Source of the DNA: Rebecca billardiae RCC1528
Lineage: Eukaryota > Protista > Haptophyta
DNA length: 64,000 nucleotides
Reading direction: 5' to 3'
NCBI GenBank assembly: GCA_965240325.2
Contig: OZ251246.1
Span: forward strand, 62,001-126,000
Under the pieces are notes generated by a model. That model saw only the letters and a program-made list of their open reading frames with translations, was not told the origin of the DNA and searched no databases. Positions 36,201-45,039 of the stretch are shown here, one piece after another (position 1 is the first letter of the stretch; each line of letters opens with the position of its first letter). The position numbers and the translations under genes are program-made.

Positions 36201-39200
36201 GGGCGCGGCGGCGTACTGGGTGGCGGGCTGGGCGGCGGCGCGGGCGGCGGCGCCGGTGGGGGCGAGGGCGGAGGAGTAGGCGCGCCCACAGCGGGCGGCG
36301 GGCTCGGCGGCGGAGAGGGCGGCGGGCTCGGCGGTGGGCTCGGTGGCGGCCTCGGCGGCGGGCTCGGCGGCGGGCTCGGCGGCAAGGCCGGCGGCGGCGA
36401 CGGCGGAGGCCGTGGCGACGGCGGCGACGGCGGAGGGCTTGGAGGCGGCGACGGCGGCGGCGACGGCGGCGCGGGCGGCGGCGAGGGCGGCGGCGCCGGC
36501 GGAGGCGGCGACGGCGGCGGTGACGGCGGTGGGCTGGGCGGCGGCGAGGGCGGCGCCGAAGGCGGCACGGGCGGCGGCGGCGATGGCACTGGCGGAGGCG
36601 GCGGCGCGGGTGGCGCCGACGGCGGCGGGCTGGGCGGCGGCGCGGGCGGCGGCGAGGGCGGCAGGCTCGGCGGCGGCGAGGGGGGCGGGAGCGGCGGTGA
36701 GGGCGGGGGCGGGCTCGGCGGCGCGCCTGGCGGCGGCGAGGGTGGTGGCGACGGCGGCGATGGCGGCGGGAACGGATCGGTGCGCGGCGGCGGCGGCGGC
36801 GCGGGCGGCGGGCTCGGCGGCGGCGCGGGCGGCGGGCTCGGCGGTGGCAAGGGCGGCGGCGAGGGCGGCGGTGGGCTGGGCGGCGGGCGCGGCGGCGGCC
36901 GCGGCGGCGGGCTGGGCGGCGGGCGCGGCGGCGGCGCGGGCGGCAGCGACGGCGGAGGCGTCGGCACCGCGGCGGGCGGCGGGCTCGGAGGCGGCGCGGG
37001 TGGTGGCGACGGCGGCGGCGACGGCGCGCCGGCGGCCGGCGGCGGGCTGGGCGGTGGCGCAGGCGGCGCGGACGGTGGTGGCGAGGGCGGCGGCGACGGT
37101 GGCGGTGTGGGCGGTGGAATCGGCGGCGGCGCAGGGGGCGGCATCCGCGGCGGCGGCGACGGTGGCGGCGTAGGCGGCGGCGTGGGCGGTGGCGGGCTCG
37201 GCGGCGGGCTCGGCGGCGGGCTGGGCGGCGGCGAGGGCGGCGCCGACGGCGGCACGGGCGGCGGCGGCGATGGCACCGGCGGCGGCGGCGGCGCGGGTGG
37301 CGCCGACGGCGGCGGGCTGGGCGGCGGCGAGGGCGGCGGCGAGGGCGGCAGGCTCGGCGGCGGCGAGGGCGGCGGCAGCGGCGGCGAGGGGGGAGGCGAG
37401 GGCGGCGGGCTCGGCGGCGGTGACGGCGGCGGCGACGGCGGCGGCGAGGGCGGCGAGGGCGGTGGCAACGGCTCGGTGCGCGGCGGCGGCGGCGGCGCGG
37501 GCGGCGGGCTCGGCGGCGGCGAGGGCGGCGGGCTCGGCGGCGGCGAGGGCGGCGGCGAGGGCGGCGGTGGGCTGAGCGGCGGGCTCGGCGGCGGGCGGGG
37601 CGGCGCACTCGGTGGCGGGCTGGGCGGCGGCGCGGGCGGCGGCGACGGCGGTGGCGTTGGCGCGCCGGCCGCGAGCGGCGGGCTCGGCGGCGAGCTCGGC
37701 GGCGGGCTCGGCGGCGGCGACGGCGGCGGCGACGGCGGCGGCGACGGCGGCGGTGAGGGCGCGCCGGAAGCGGGCGGCGGGCTGGGCGGCGGGCTCGGCG
37801 GCGGCGACGGCGGCGGCGACGGCGGCGGCGACGGCGGTGGTGAGGGCGGCGGGCTCGGCGGTGGGCTGGGCGGTGGGGGGCTCGGTGGCGGCGACGGTGG
37901 CGGCGACGGTGGCGGGCTCGGCGGCGAGGGCGGCGGTGCGGGCGGTGGGCTCGGCGGCGGCGCCGGCGGCGCCGGCGGCGGGAACGGATCGGCGCGCGGC
38001 GGCGGCGGGGGCGCCGGCGGCGGGCTCGGCGGCGGCGCCGGCGGCGGGCTGGGCGGCGGGCTCGGCGGCGGGGCTGGTGGTGGCGGGCTCGGCGGAGGTC
38101 TGGGTGGCGGCCTCGGCGGCGGGTTCGGTGGCGGCGATGGCGGCGGGGACGGCGGCGGCGCGGGCGCCGCCTGCGGCGGCGGGCTCGGCGGTGGGCTCGG
38201 CGGGGCGGCCGGCGGGGGCGAGGGCGGTGGTCGCGGCGGCGGCGCTGGCGGTGGCGACGGCGGCGGCGACGGCGGCGGCGCTGACGTGGGCGGCGGGCTC
38301 GGCGGCGGCGTGGGCGGTGGGAGCGGCGGGGGCGACGGCGGCGGCGCGGGCGGCGGCGCGGGCGGCGGCGACGGCGGTGGCAACGGCGGCGCGGGCGGCG
38401 GCGACGGCGGCGGCGTGGGCGGCGGGAGCGGCGGCGGCGCCGGCGGCGGCGCCGGCGGGCTCGCCGGCGGCGGCGAAGGCGGCGGCGCCGGCGGCGGCGC
38501 CGGCGGGCTCGCGGGCGGCGGCGAGGGCGGCGGCGCGGGCGGCGGGCTCGGCGGCGGCCGCGGCGGCGGGCTCGGCGGCGGGTGCGGCGGCGGCGGGCTC
38601 GGCGGCGGCAGCGGCGCCCCGATCACCGCCGTCGAGAGCAGCGGGCTGAACGTGTACAGGAAGTCGGCGTAGAACTGCGCGGACGAGCCGAGGAACGGGA
38701 ACTTGCGGTCGTCCGCGCCGTTGCCCAGCGCGTCCGTCGTCTCGATCATCACAGCAACGCCCAACGACCCGCTGAGCGTCTGCGGCCACCCGCCGCTCGG
38801 GTACACGCCCACGCTGAACACGCCGTTGGCGTACTCGCCGCGCCCCACCCAGTAGCCTTCGGTCGACGTGCCGTTGTCCGTGCCGTTCACGTACACTGGC
38901 GTGTATGACGCAGCGGCCGCTCCGATCTCGAAGAAGACGCTCGTCTGGCTGTCGTCGGCGACGGTGTTGTCGTCCTTCGTCACGACGACGGACACCACGA
39001 GCGGGTCGCTCGTGCCGACGCCGATTGCGCCCGACGTGATGCTGTAGCTCGTCAGGAAGCGGTACTTGCCCGCGACTGCGCGCAGCAGGTACTGCGCATC
39101 CTGCGCGCCCGTGCTGTTGTCCAGCGTCGGGTCGAGCGCGGACGCGCACGTCGTCAGCCCGGACACGCCGACGATGTACTGCGAGAGCACGCGCACGTCG

Positions 39201-42200
39201 AATGAGGTCAGGGCGCAGTCACCGTTCACATCGCCGGCAACGCCAGCCGAGCAGCCCGAGCACTCCGCCAGCCGCCGCGCGCGCGCCGCCCGGCTCGACT
39301 CGGTCGGCACAAACAGGGGCGGCACGTGCTCAGCGGCCAGCGCGAGCGCGCGCCGCCGGCTGACGGTCGTCGTGAGGCCGCCTGCACCCGCGAAGACGTC
39401 GGCGTTCTGCACGCGCGTCTCGGTCGCGCCCTGCACGGTCACGAGCTCGACGATGCTTCCCGTCAGCGACGTGCTCGCCGAGGACAGCACGTCGAATGTG
39501 ACGGAGCCGATCGAGGCGGCAGTGCCGCTGGTGATCTGCGATGCCGTGTTGCCCACAAACCTGACCTCGTTCAGCGGATCGTTGATCGTGCACTCGGCCC
39601 ACGAGAGCGTGCTGCACGACGTCGCGACCAGGACAGCGCTGTCGATGGCCAGCTCGATCTGGAAGTTGACCAGGTACTCCGAGCCGCCACCCGTGTTCAC
39701 GCGCACGGGCACCGTCAGCGAGTTGCCAGACTGCTGGAACTGCAGTCCGCTCGCTGAGCCGAGGTCCACGTCGTACGTGCCAGGCTGCAGGTTCGCCGTC
39801 ACGTCGAGGGCGTCGGCCGCAGCGCCGGCATCGCGCGACGTCGCGGTGATCGAGTTCGCCGCGTCACGGCTGTTGCCAGCGATCGTCACCACGCCGTTCG
39901 GGTCGACGCCGAGCACGGCCGCGTCGTCGCTCTCAAAGCTGAGCACCTCTGACACGCTCACGTACCCCAGCGACATCAGGTTGGTGTACTGCACGCCGTC
40001 CTCGAGCGTGACGAGCGCACTCAGCGTGCTCGACGTGCCGTTGGTGGCCAGCAGCGACGCGCCGGACGTCAAGCCGCCCAGGCCCAGCGTCAGCGCCGTC
40101 ACCTTCACCGCCGTCGCGTCGACGTAGACGGTGGCTGACGCTGTGAGCGTGCCCCACGTCGCGTTGATGAGCGCAACGCCCGCGCCCACGCCGATGACAG
40201 TGCTGCCCGACGTGGTCGCGACGAGCGTGTTGTTCGACGCCAGCACCATCTCGGCGGCCAGCAGCGTGGGCGAGACCACCGTGCCGTCGCTTAGCGTGGC
40301 CGATGGCGTCGTGGCCGTGCGCTGGAACGTGGTGGACGCGCCGATCAGCCCGAGCGTGTCGTCGTCGAACGTGATCTCGAATGACGCGCCAGCAGCCGTC
40401 ACGACCGGCACCTCGACGAAGCCATTCAGGAGGTACGAGTCGACGAAGACGGTCACGTTGAGCGCAGTGCACGTTGCACCGCTCGCCATCGTCACCTGGT
40501 TCACGCCGTCGAACGTGGCGCACGACGACGGCACCGAGAGCGTGATGTTGGTGCGCGGGTCCGTGGTGAAGTCCACCTGTGACTCGTCTTCAAACGTGAC
40601 CGTGATCGTGACGGTGAGCGACGTGGGCAGCGACGTCGGCGGCTCGGCAGCAGGGTCGCCCGGCACGGTCACCTTGGCGGCCGATGTGCTCACGCCCACG
40701 CTCACCGCGTTCGGCAACTCTAGATCCACGCGCGCGCGGCCCGTCGCGAGCACGGCGCTGCACGAATCAATCCAGCTCGCGTCGAGGAGCAGGCCCTCCT
40801 GCGACGTGGCAAACGTTGCCACGGCAGCCGTCCACGGCGACGATGCGTCTCCCGGCGCACCGACGGTGAGACTCGACGTGCGGCTCGTCAGCGTGACCTC
40901 AGTCGACGGCACGAGCTCGTACGAGCCGTCGCCGAGGTACGCGTACGTGTACACGCTCACCGTCTGCCCTTCGGCCGTGAGCGTCTGCCCGAGAGCAGCC
41001 GACGCGTCGAAGCCGCTCGTCGCACCCACACTCAGCGTCGACGGCGGCGAGTCGACGAACGCGATCGAGTTGAACGCCACGGGCCGGAGCGATGCGACGA
41101 GGCGCTCCACGTCCGTCGACACCACGATCGTCGACGAGATCGACGGGCTCGAGCCGGATGCGCTGATCGCAGCCGAGCCGACGCCCACGCCCGTCACCGT
41201 CACCACGCCGGTCGTGCCGGACGTGAAGATGCTCGCGACGCCGGCGTCGCCCGAGGCGAGCGTCGCCTCGCGTGTCACGTCCACGTTGCTCACCGTGCTC
41301 AGACCCGTGCCGCCAAACGACGCGACGAGGCTGGCCGTCGTCGACTGGAACGCCTGCGTGCCGCACTGGCCGGGCTGCGACGCGCCCTTGATGGCAAAGA
41401 GCGTACCGTACCCGAAGCGGATCTCTGCGGACAGCGGGTGCCACACGCGCAGCGGCACGCTCGCGACCACCGCGCCGCTCGAGACGCGCGTCACGTTCAC
41501 AAGAGTCGTCGCGGCGCCCGACGTGCTCGAGCTGCTCGCCACCACCGTGCACGGCGACCCTGAGCTGATGCCGAGCACGCTCGAGTCGAGCGCGAGGCAC
41601 GAGTAGCCGCTCGACTGAGTGGCAGACGCAGTGGCGGCGCGGCTGTACAGCTCGAGCACGCTGAGCGCGGTGGTCGCGTCGGTGCCGGAGAGCGGCGCGG
41701 TGTTGACTAGCTCGCCCGAGGCGACGTATGCGAGCCAGCCCTGCACCGCCACGGTCTCGACCACGAGCGTGCCGCTCGCTGACGCGCCGTCGTCCGCGTC
41801 GGCAACCACGCCCGCCTGCTCGCTCACGTACACCTGCGTCGCGTCGTTCACGTACTGCTCGATCTCGACCGAGATGGCGCCGGCGTAGCTGCCAGCGGAG
41901 GCACCACCGGCCACGCTCATCGTCAGCGTGATCAGCTCCACGGCCGTACCGGTCACCTGCGCGTTGGTCGTGCCACCGGTGAGCCCCGTCGCGATGATCG
42001 ACACGAGGCCGGCCGCGTTGTCGTTCACCTCCGGTGAGTTGTACGTGCTCGCGACCGACGTGCTGGCGACGCTGAGCACGCTCGAGTTGTACGCAATGTT
42101 GATCTGCCAGGTGATCAGCGCGACGCCACCCGTGTGCGCGTACAACACCAGCTCGAAGCTGTCGCCCGCGAACACGGGCGACTGCGCCATCTGGCCCAGC

Positions 42201-44632
42201 AGGCCGACCGATGGGAGTGTGTACGCGGTCGGGCTCTCGGCGAGCGTGATCGCGCCCGCACGAGAGCACGAGTCGACTGTGCCGCCGCCGTAGTTGAAGT
42301 CGACGAGCACGTCGACGCTGCCCGCTGCGGCCGTGCTGAACCAGCCCGAGCTCACGGTGGCCGAGCACTCGCCCACGCCCGTCGTCGCGCTCGGCGAGCC
42401 GCACGAGAAGCTCTGGTCGGTGCCGCCCACCAGCGACAGCGTCAGGCTCACGCTCAGACCCGTGGTGAGCACGGACGAGCGGTGCGCCGCATCGCGAAGC
42501 TGGTACGCGACGCGCACGCCCGCGCGGTCCACGTACGCCGTCGGCGTGCGCACCGCGCAGTCCACGCTCGCCGCCTGCTCGGCGGTCACGCTGTAGCTGC
42601 TCGCCACGCCGAGATCGATGCCGTGCGACGCGGCGCGCACCGTGCCGGACGCGCCCACAGACGCGCCCGCCAAGAAGCCCGCCGTCAAGTTGTGCCGGTT
42701 GCCGGCGCTGCTGACCGTGCCGTGCACAGCCGCGCCCGGGCTGCTGCTCGTCGTGTACAGCGTGATCTGAGCGTCCGAGACCAGCGCATCCGCGCCGAAC
42801 ACGAACGGCGGAAGCGGCGGCGACGGCGGCGACGGCGGCGGGAATGGCAGCGTGCGCGGCGGCGGCGGGCTTGGCGGCGACGGCGGAGGGAGCGGCGGCG
42901 GCGGGCTGGGCGGCGGCGCGGGTGGTGGGCTCGGCGGCGGCGATGGCGGCGGGCGCGGCTGCGGAGGCGGCGGCGACGGCGGCGGCGAAGGTGGCGGCGA
43001 CGGCGGAGGGCTCGGTGGCGGCGTGGGTGGCGGCGCGGGCGGGGGCGAGGGTGGCGGCGCGGGCGGCGGCGGCGACGGCGGCGGCGTCGGCGGCGGGCGC
43101 GGCGGCGGCGATGGCGGCGCCAGCGGCGGCGGTGATGGCGGCGGGAGCGGCGGCGGGGAAGGCGGCGGGGACGGCGGCGGCGACGGCGGCGGCGACGGCG
43201 GCGGCGACGGCGGTGCCGCCGGCGGCGGCGACGGGGGCGGCGAAGGCGGCGGCGGGCTCGGCGGCGGGCGCGGCGGCGGCGACGGCGGTGGCGTGGGCGG
43301 CGGGCTCGGCGGCGGCGCAGGCGGCTCGCGCGGCGGCGGGCTGGGCGGCGGGCTCGGTGGTGGGGCGGGCGGCGGAGAGGGCGGCAGGCGCGGTGGCGGC
43401 GGCAAGGGCGGCGGGCGCGGTGGCGGCGAGGGCGGCGGCGACGGTGGCGGCGAGGGCGGGGGGCTTGGCGGCGGAGGCGAGGGCGGCGGCGACGGCGGGG
43501 GCGAGGGCGGCGGACGCGGCGGCGGCGGCGATGGCGGCGGCGACGGCGGCGGCGATGGCGGCGGGGCAGGCGGCGGCGACGGGGGCGCCGACGGGGGCGG
43601 GGGCGACGGCGGGGGCGACGGCGGCGACGACGGCGGCGGCGACGGCGGCGGCGATGGTGGCGGGCTCGGCGGCAGGCCGGGCGGCGGCGAGGGCGGCGAC
43701 GGAGGCGGGAAGGGCTCCGTGCGCGGCGGCGGCGGCGGCGCCGGCGGCGGGCTCGGCGGGGGCGACGGCGGGGGTGGCTGCGGCGGCGGGCTCGGCGGTG
43801 GCGACGGGGGCGGGCTCGGAGGCGGCGCGGGCGGCGGCGAGGGCGGCGGTGGCGAGGGCGGAGGGCTCGGCGGTGGGCCGGGCGGCGGGCTGGGCGGCGG
43901 CGACGGCGGCGGCGACGGCGGCGGCAGCGGCGGGCTCGGCGGCGGTGGGGTTGGCGGGGTCGGCGGAGGCCGCGGCGGCGGGGGCGACGGGGTGGGCGGC
44001 GGCGGTGGGAAGGGTGGCGCCTTGGGCGGCGGGCTCGGCGGCGGGCGCGGGGGCGGCGCTGGCGGTGTCGGCGACGGCGGTGACGGCGGCGGCGACGGCG
44101 GCGGCGAGGGTGGAGCGGGCGGCGGCGGAGACGGCGCTGGAGGCGGCGGCGGCGCGGGCGGCAGGCTGGGCGGCGGGCTCGGTGGCTGGCTCGGCGGCGG
44201 CGAGGGCGGTGGGCTCGGCGGCGGCGAGGGTGGCGGGACGGGCGGCGCGGGCGGTGGTGACGGTGGCGGCCGCGGCGCGGGCGGCGGCGACGGCGGCGGC
44301 GACGGCGGCGGCGACTGCGGAGGCGGCCGCGGCGGTGGCGGGCTGGGGTGCGGCGGCGGCGGCGGGTCCTCCTGAAGGGCTCGGCCGTGCTGCCGAGGCC
44401 GCGCCGTCGACGCGGGGACCACGCTCCGCCCGCCGCCCGCCTGCGGCTGGTCGGCGGGCGCGGCGGCCGCTTGCTGCGCCGCGAGGGGCGCGAGCGTGCC
44501 GACGGGCGCGCCCGCGAGGGCGAGGATGGCGAGCGCGCGCACGAAGGCGAGCGCGACGCGTGCGCAGTGCGCACGGCTCGACGGGCAGCGCCGTTCGCCG
44601 CCGCGCGGCCACGGGTGGCCGCGCGCCACCAT
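30224..44632 (-). CDS. Giant (~4800 aa) type I membrane surface protein: PPSP stalks, TMEM132-like cohesin/Ig module, second cohesin-like domain, dockerin-like domain, 17 GCTD Cys repeats, TM helix
   Basis: Single open frame; first ATG at 44632; signal RVALAFVRALAILALAGA; globular region ~42805-38615; Cys repeats ~33095-31710; TM FAWLYALIGGAVLVLLLCWACVC ~31265-31195. Confidence 0.85.
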   Translation of the reverse strand: MVARGHPWPRGGERRCPSSRAHCARVALAFVRALAILALAGAPVGTLAPLAAQQAAAAPADQPQAGGGRSVVPASTARPRQHGRALQEDPPPPPHPSPPPPRPPPQSPPPSPPPSPPPAPRPPPSPPPAPPVPPPSPPPSPPPSPPPSQPPSPPPSLPPAPPPPPAPSPPPPAPPSPPPSPPPSPPSPTPPAPPPRPPPSPPPKAPPFPPPPPTPSPPPPRPPPTPPTPPPPSPPLPPPSPPPSPPPSPPPGPPPSPPPSPPPPSPPPAPPPSPPPSPPPSPPPQPPPPSPPPSPPPAPPPPPRTEPFPPPSPPSPPPGLPPSPPPSPPPSPPPSSPPSPPPSPPPPSAPPSPPPAPPPSPPPSPPPSPPPPRPPPSPPPSPPPSPPPPSPPPSPPPSPPPSPPPRPPPLPPPPRLPPSPPPAPPPSPPPSPPPREPPAPPPSPPPTPPPSPPPRPPPSPPPPSPPPSPPPAAPPSPPPSPPPSPPPSPPPSPPPLPPPSPPPLAPPSPPPRPPPTPPPSPPPPAPPPSPPPAPPPTPPPSPPPSPPPSPPPSPPPPQPRPPPSPPPSPPPAPPPSPPPPLPPPSPPSPPPPRTLPFPPPSPPSPPLPPFVFGADALVSDAQITLYTTSSSPGAAVHGTVSSAGNRHNLTAGFLAGASVGASGTVRAASHGIDLGVASSYSVTAEQAASVDCAVRTPTAYVDRAGVRVAYQLRDAAHRSSVLTTGLSVSLTLSLVGGTDQSFSCGSPSATTGVGECSATVSSGWFSTAAAGSVDVLVDFNYGGGTVDSCSRAGAITLAESPTAYTLPSVGLLGQMAQSPVFAGDSFELVLYAHTGGVALITWQINIAYNSSVLSVASTSVASTYNSPEVNDNAAGLVSIIATGLTGGTTNAQVTGTAVELITLTMSVAGGASAGSYAGAISVEIEQYVNDATQVYVSEQAGVVADADDGASASGTLVVETVAVQGWLAYVASGELVNTAPLSGTDATTALSVLELYSRAATASATQSSGYSCLALDSSVLGISSGSPCTVVASSSSTSGAATTLVNVTRVSSGAVVASVPLRVWHPLSAEIRFGYGTLFAIKGASQPGQCGTQAFQSTTASLVASFGGTGLSTVSNVDVTREATLASGDAGVASIFTSGTTGVVTVTGVGVGSAAISASGSSPSISSTIVVSTDVERLVASLRPVAFNSIAFVDSPPSTLSVGATSGFDASAALGQTLTAEGQTVSVYTYAYLGDGSYELVPSTEVTLTSRTSSLTVGAPGDASSPWTAAVATFATSQEGLLLDASWIDSCSAVLATGRARVDLELPNAVSVGVSTSAAKVTVPGDPAAEPPTSLPTSLTVTITVTFEDESQVDFTTDPRTNITLSVPSSCATFDGVNQVTMASGATCTALNVTVFVDSYLLNGFVEVPVVTAAGASFEITFDDDTLGLIGASTTFQRTATTPSATLSDGTVVSPTLLAAEMVLASNNTLVATTSGSTVIGVGAGVALINATWGTLTASATVYVDATAVKVTALTLGLGGLTSGASLLATNGTSSTLSALVTLEDGVQYTNLMSLGYVSVSEVLSFESDDAAVLGVDPNGVVTIAGNSRDAANSITATSRDAGAAADALDVTANLQPGTYDVDLGSASGLQFQQSGNSLTVPVRVNTGGGSEYLVNFQIELAIDSAVLVATSCSTLSWAECTINDPLNEVRFVGNTASQITSGTAASIGSVTFDVLSSASTSLTGSIVELVTVQGATETRVQNADVFAGAGGLTTTVSRRRALALAAEHVPPLFVPTESSRAARARRLAECSGCSAGVAGDVNGDCALTSFDVRVLSQYIVGVSGLTTCASALDPTLDNSTGAQDAQYLLRAVAGKYRFLTSYSITSGAIGVGTSDPLVVSVVVTKDDNTVADDSQTSVFFEIGAAAASYTPVYVNGTDNGTSTEGYWVGRGEYANGVFSVGVYPSGGWPQTLSGSLGVAVMIETTDALGNGADDRKFPFLGSSAQFYADFLYTFSPLLSTAVIGAPLPPPSPPPPHPPPSPPPRPPPSPPPAPPPSPPPASPPAPPPAPPPSPPPASPPAPPPAPPPLPPPTPPPSPPPAPPLPPPSPPPAPPPAPPPSPPPLPPPTPPPSPPPTSAPPPSPPPSPPPAPPPRPPPSPPPAAPPSPPPSPPPQAAPAPPPSPPPSPPPNPPPRPPPRPPPSPPPPAPPPSPPPSPPPAPPPSPPPAPPPPPRADPFPPPAPPAPPPSPPPAPPPSPPSPPPSPPPSPPPSPPPPSPPPSPPPSPPPSPPPSPPPSPPPSPPPSPPPASGAPSPPPSPPPSPPPSPPPSPPPSSPPSPPLAAGAPTPPPSPPPAPPPSPPPSAPPRPPPSPPLSPPPPSPPPSPPPSPPPSPPPSPPPAPPPPPRTEPLPPPSPPSPPPSPPPSPPPSPPPSPPPSPPLPPPSPPPSLPPSPPPSPPPSPPPSAPPAPPPPPVPSPPPPVPPSAPPSPPPSPPPSPPPSPPPPTPPPTPPPSPPPRMPPPAPPPIPPPTPPPSPPPSPPPSAPPAPPPSPPPAAGAPSPPPSPPPAPPPSPPPAAVPTPPPSLPPAPPPRPPPSPPPRPPPRPPPSPPPPSPPPLPPPSPPPAPPPSPPPAPPPPPRTDPFPPPSPPSPPPSPPPGAPPSPPPPSPPLPPPSPPPSLPPSPPPAPPPSPPPSAPPAPPPPPVPSPPPPVPPSAPPSPPPSPPPSPPPSPPPPAPPPSPPPAPPSPPPSPPPSPPPSPPSPRPPPSPPPALPPSPPPSPPPRPPPSPPPSPPPSPPPSPPPAVGAPTPPPSPPPAPPPAPPPSPPPSTPPRPPPSPPPPLPPPSPPPSPPPSPPPSPPPAPPPPPRTEPFPPPSPPSPPPSPPPGAPPSPPPSPPPSPPLSPPSPPPSLPPSPPPSPPPSPPPSAPPAPPPPPAPSPPPPVPPSPPPSPPPLPPPSPPPSPPPPVPPPSPPPAPPSPPPSPPPSPPPSPPSPPPRPRPPPSPPPSPPPSPPPSPPPSPPPSPPPSPPPSPPRPPPSPPPPSPPPSPPPSPPPFPPPSPPPQPPPSPPPQPPPPPRTEPFPPPSPPSPPPSPPPLPPPPPPRPPPTPPPSPPPSPPPAPPPAPPPSPLPRLPPSPPPSPPPSPPPSPPPPTAVPAPPPSPPPSPPPSPPPSPPPRAPPSPPPSPPPPSPPPSPPPSPPPQPPPSPPPQPPPPPRTEPFPPPSPPSPPPSPPPLPPPPPPRPPPTPPPSPPPSPPPAPPPAPPPSPLPRLPPSPPPSPPPSPPPSPPPPTAVPAPPPSPPPSPPPSPPPSPPPSPPPSPSPSPPPSPPPSPPPPAPPPSPLPSPPPQPPPPPRTEPFPPPSPSPSPPPSPPPSPPPSPPPSPPPPTPPPSPPPSPPPSPPPPSPPPLPPPSPPPSPPPQPPPPPRTEPFPPPSPPSPPPSPPPLPPPSPPPSPPPPRPPPTPPPLPPPAPPPSSPPRLPPSPPPRPPPSPPPSPPPPTGVPAPPPSPPPSPPPSPPPSPPPRPPPRPPPRPPPSPPPPTPPPSPPPSPPPSPPPLPPPSPPPQPPPPPRTEPFPPPSPPSPPPSPPPSPPPAPPPSPPPSPPPAAPPSPPPSPPPPRPPPSPPPSPPPSPPPRPPPRPPPPSPPPSPPPSLPPSPPPTPPPRPPPSPPPSPPPPVPPPSPPPSPPPSPPPSPPPQPPPPPRTEPFPPPSPPAPPPSPPPSPPPSPPPSPPPPSPPPLPPPSPPPSPPPSPPPSPPPSPPPPSPPPSPPPSPSPSPPPSPPPSPPPSPSPAPPPSPPPPAPPPSPPPPSPPPSPPPPSPPPSPPPSPPPSPSPAPPPSPPPPAPPPSPPPPSPPPSPPPPSPPPSPPPPSYGCLDPLASNYDSGAAVQLPGAGACAYARQGCTDAAAANYWSDATADDGGCAYAAPGCVARAALNYDSSASVNDGSCVFALGGCTDSSALNYASAAAVDDGSCVLPLGGCMAPSASNYNSAATLDDGGCVYPARGCTEPSALNYASDAAEDDGGCIVPAFGCAAAGALNFDSSATHYAAGACVFARAGCTDSAAYNYNSAANVQQPAGCVYAPGRRRLLLQPPPQPQPPPQQHGRRLAPGCTVPNATNYDSAADSDDGSCAFVAQGCTDSAAENYDSDAGGDDGSCVRAGCTDTAAANYDSAASVLDGSCAYARAGCTDAAAENYLSAAAADDGSCIYRGCTAPVAANYDSTANVNDGTCVYAVAGCTDSAAPNYASAAAADDGSCVHFGCAASAATNFDSSATVDDGSCVYPVAGCTDSAAANYLPSAQLDDGSCRYAGCVDPAAANYESSAHFSDGGCVYAPPPAPPPSPPPSPPPAPPPPPRTEPFPPPSPPSPPPSPPPSPPPGPPPGPPPSPPPPAPPPSPPPSPPPAPPPRPPPRPPPSPPPSPPPSPPPPGGAGSDAQGEDEEDGASSARAPAEEADEVQGQSAEARTPFEVAVDGLASGVSLGFAWLYALIGGAVLVLLLCWACVCARRVRRGEHPCYGAEPKASDAEAAGEAAAAAAAAGGAPASDAPPPPRRPPPLALGAVAHADEPAPTPRAGGSSARAAPPADASTTDGAAAGGAAAAAGADDVRVVGRTGADARRPAQRQAAGGGAAGSGASSARTRSGGGSARSGGGSARGSARGAPPVASTTDGGGPGAEPAGAATPARAVAASAGASASADAPPPGAPPPRGPAGAAAADAPADARAAAIVAALAAGRRSGGGAVGSEPGAAPPPLAAAFPASANALERRRARLWHDAWVRAQERRRAAAYEDIAAAIPPGLAAVRARARASRAPSLSRARARAAVALRG
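33097..38612 (-). repeat. Coding PPSP (extensin/pherophorin-like) repeat with higher-order RTEPFPPPSPP modules
   Basis: About 5.5 kb of GGC-rich repeat. A second stalk lies at 42810-44365 and a short third at 31425-31707. Confidence 0.9.
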
Positions 44633-45039
44633 GTGGAGGGCGAGTGTGGAGCCGCCTGCCACCACGCTGCTGCTAGCTGCTGCTGCGGCGCTGCCACAGG
44701 CGCCTTGGCCACCGTGTCGTGCGCGCCAATATCAAATGAGCGACCCACAAGCTGTTTTTGGCGGAGCTGGCCTTTGCGCGGTTGGGGCGAGTGCCCCCTA
44801 GCTGCCCCTCGATCTCGCCGCGGCGCGGAGGCGATCTCGCGCCGCGCGCCGTTAGTCGACTATTCGGAGCGCGCCAAAATCGGCCGAAAGCCCGTGCCGT
44901 TTGGCTTAAACCCGTAGCAATCCAGTGAAACGGACGAGGTACAAAAGTAGTACGTACGGGAGGAGCCAACCCACCGGAGCCCATCTGCTTTTGGCCGGAT
45001 GATGAAAGCAGTAGCTTTGCGTGGCGGCGAGCGGCGACG

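Noticed and set aside
33066-38672. 1868-aa Gly-rich ORF on the + strand
   Set aside because: Exact antisense of the PPSP stalk; the - strand frame carries the signal peptide, domains and TM helix.
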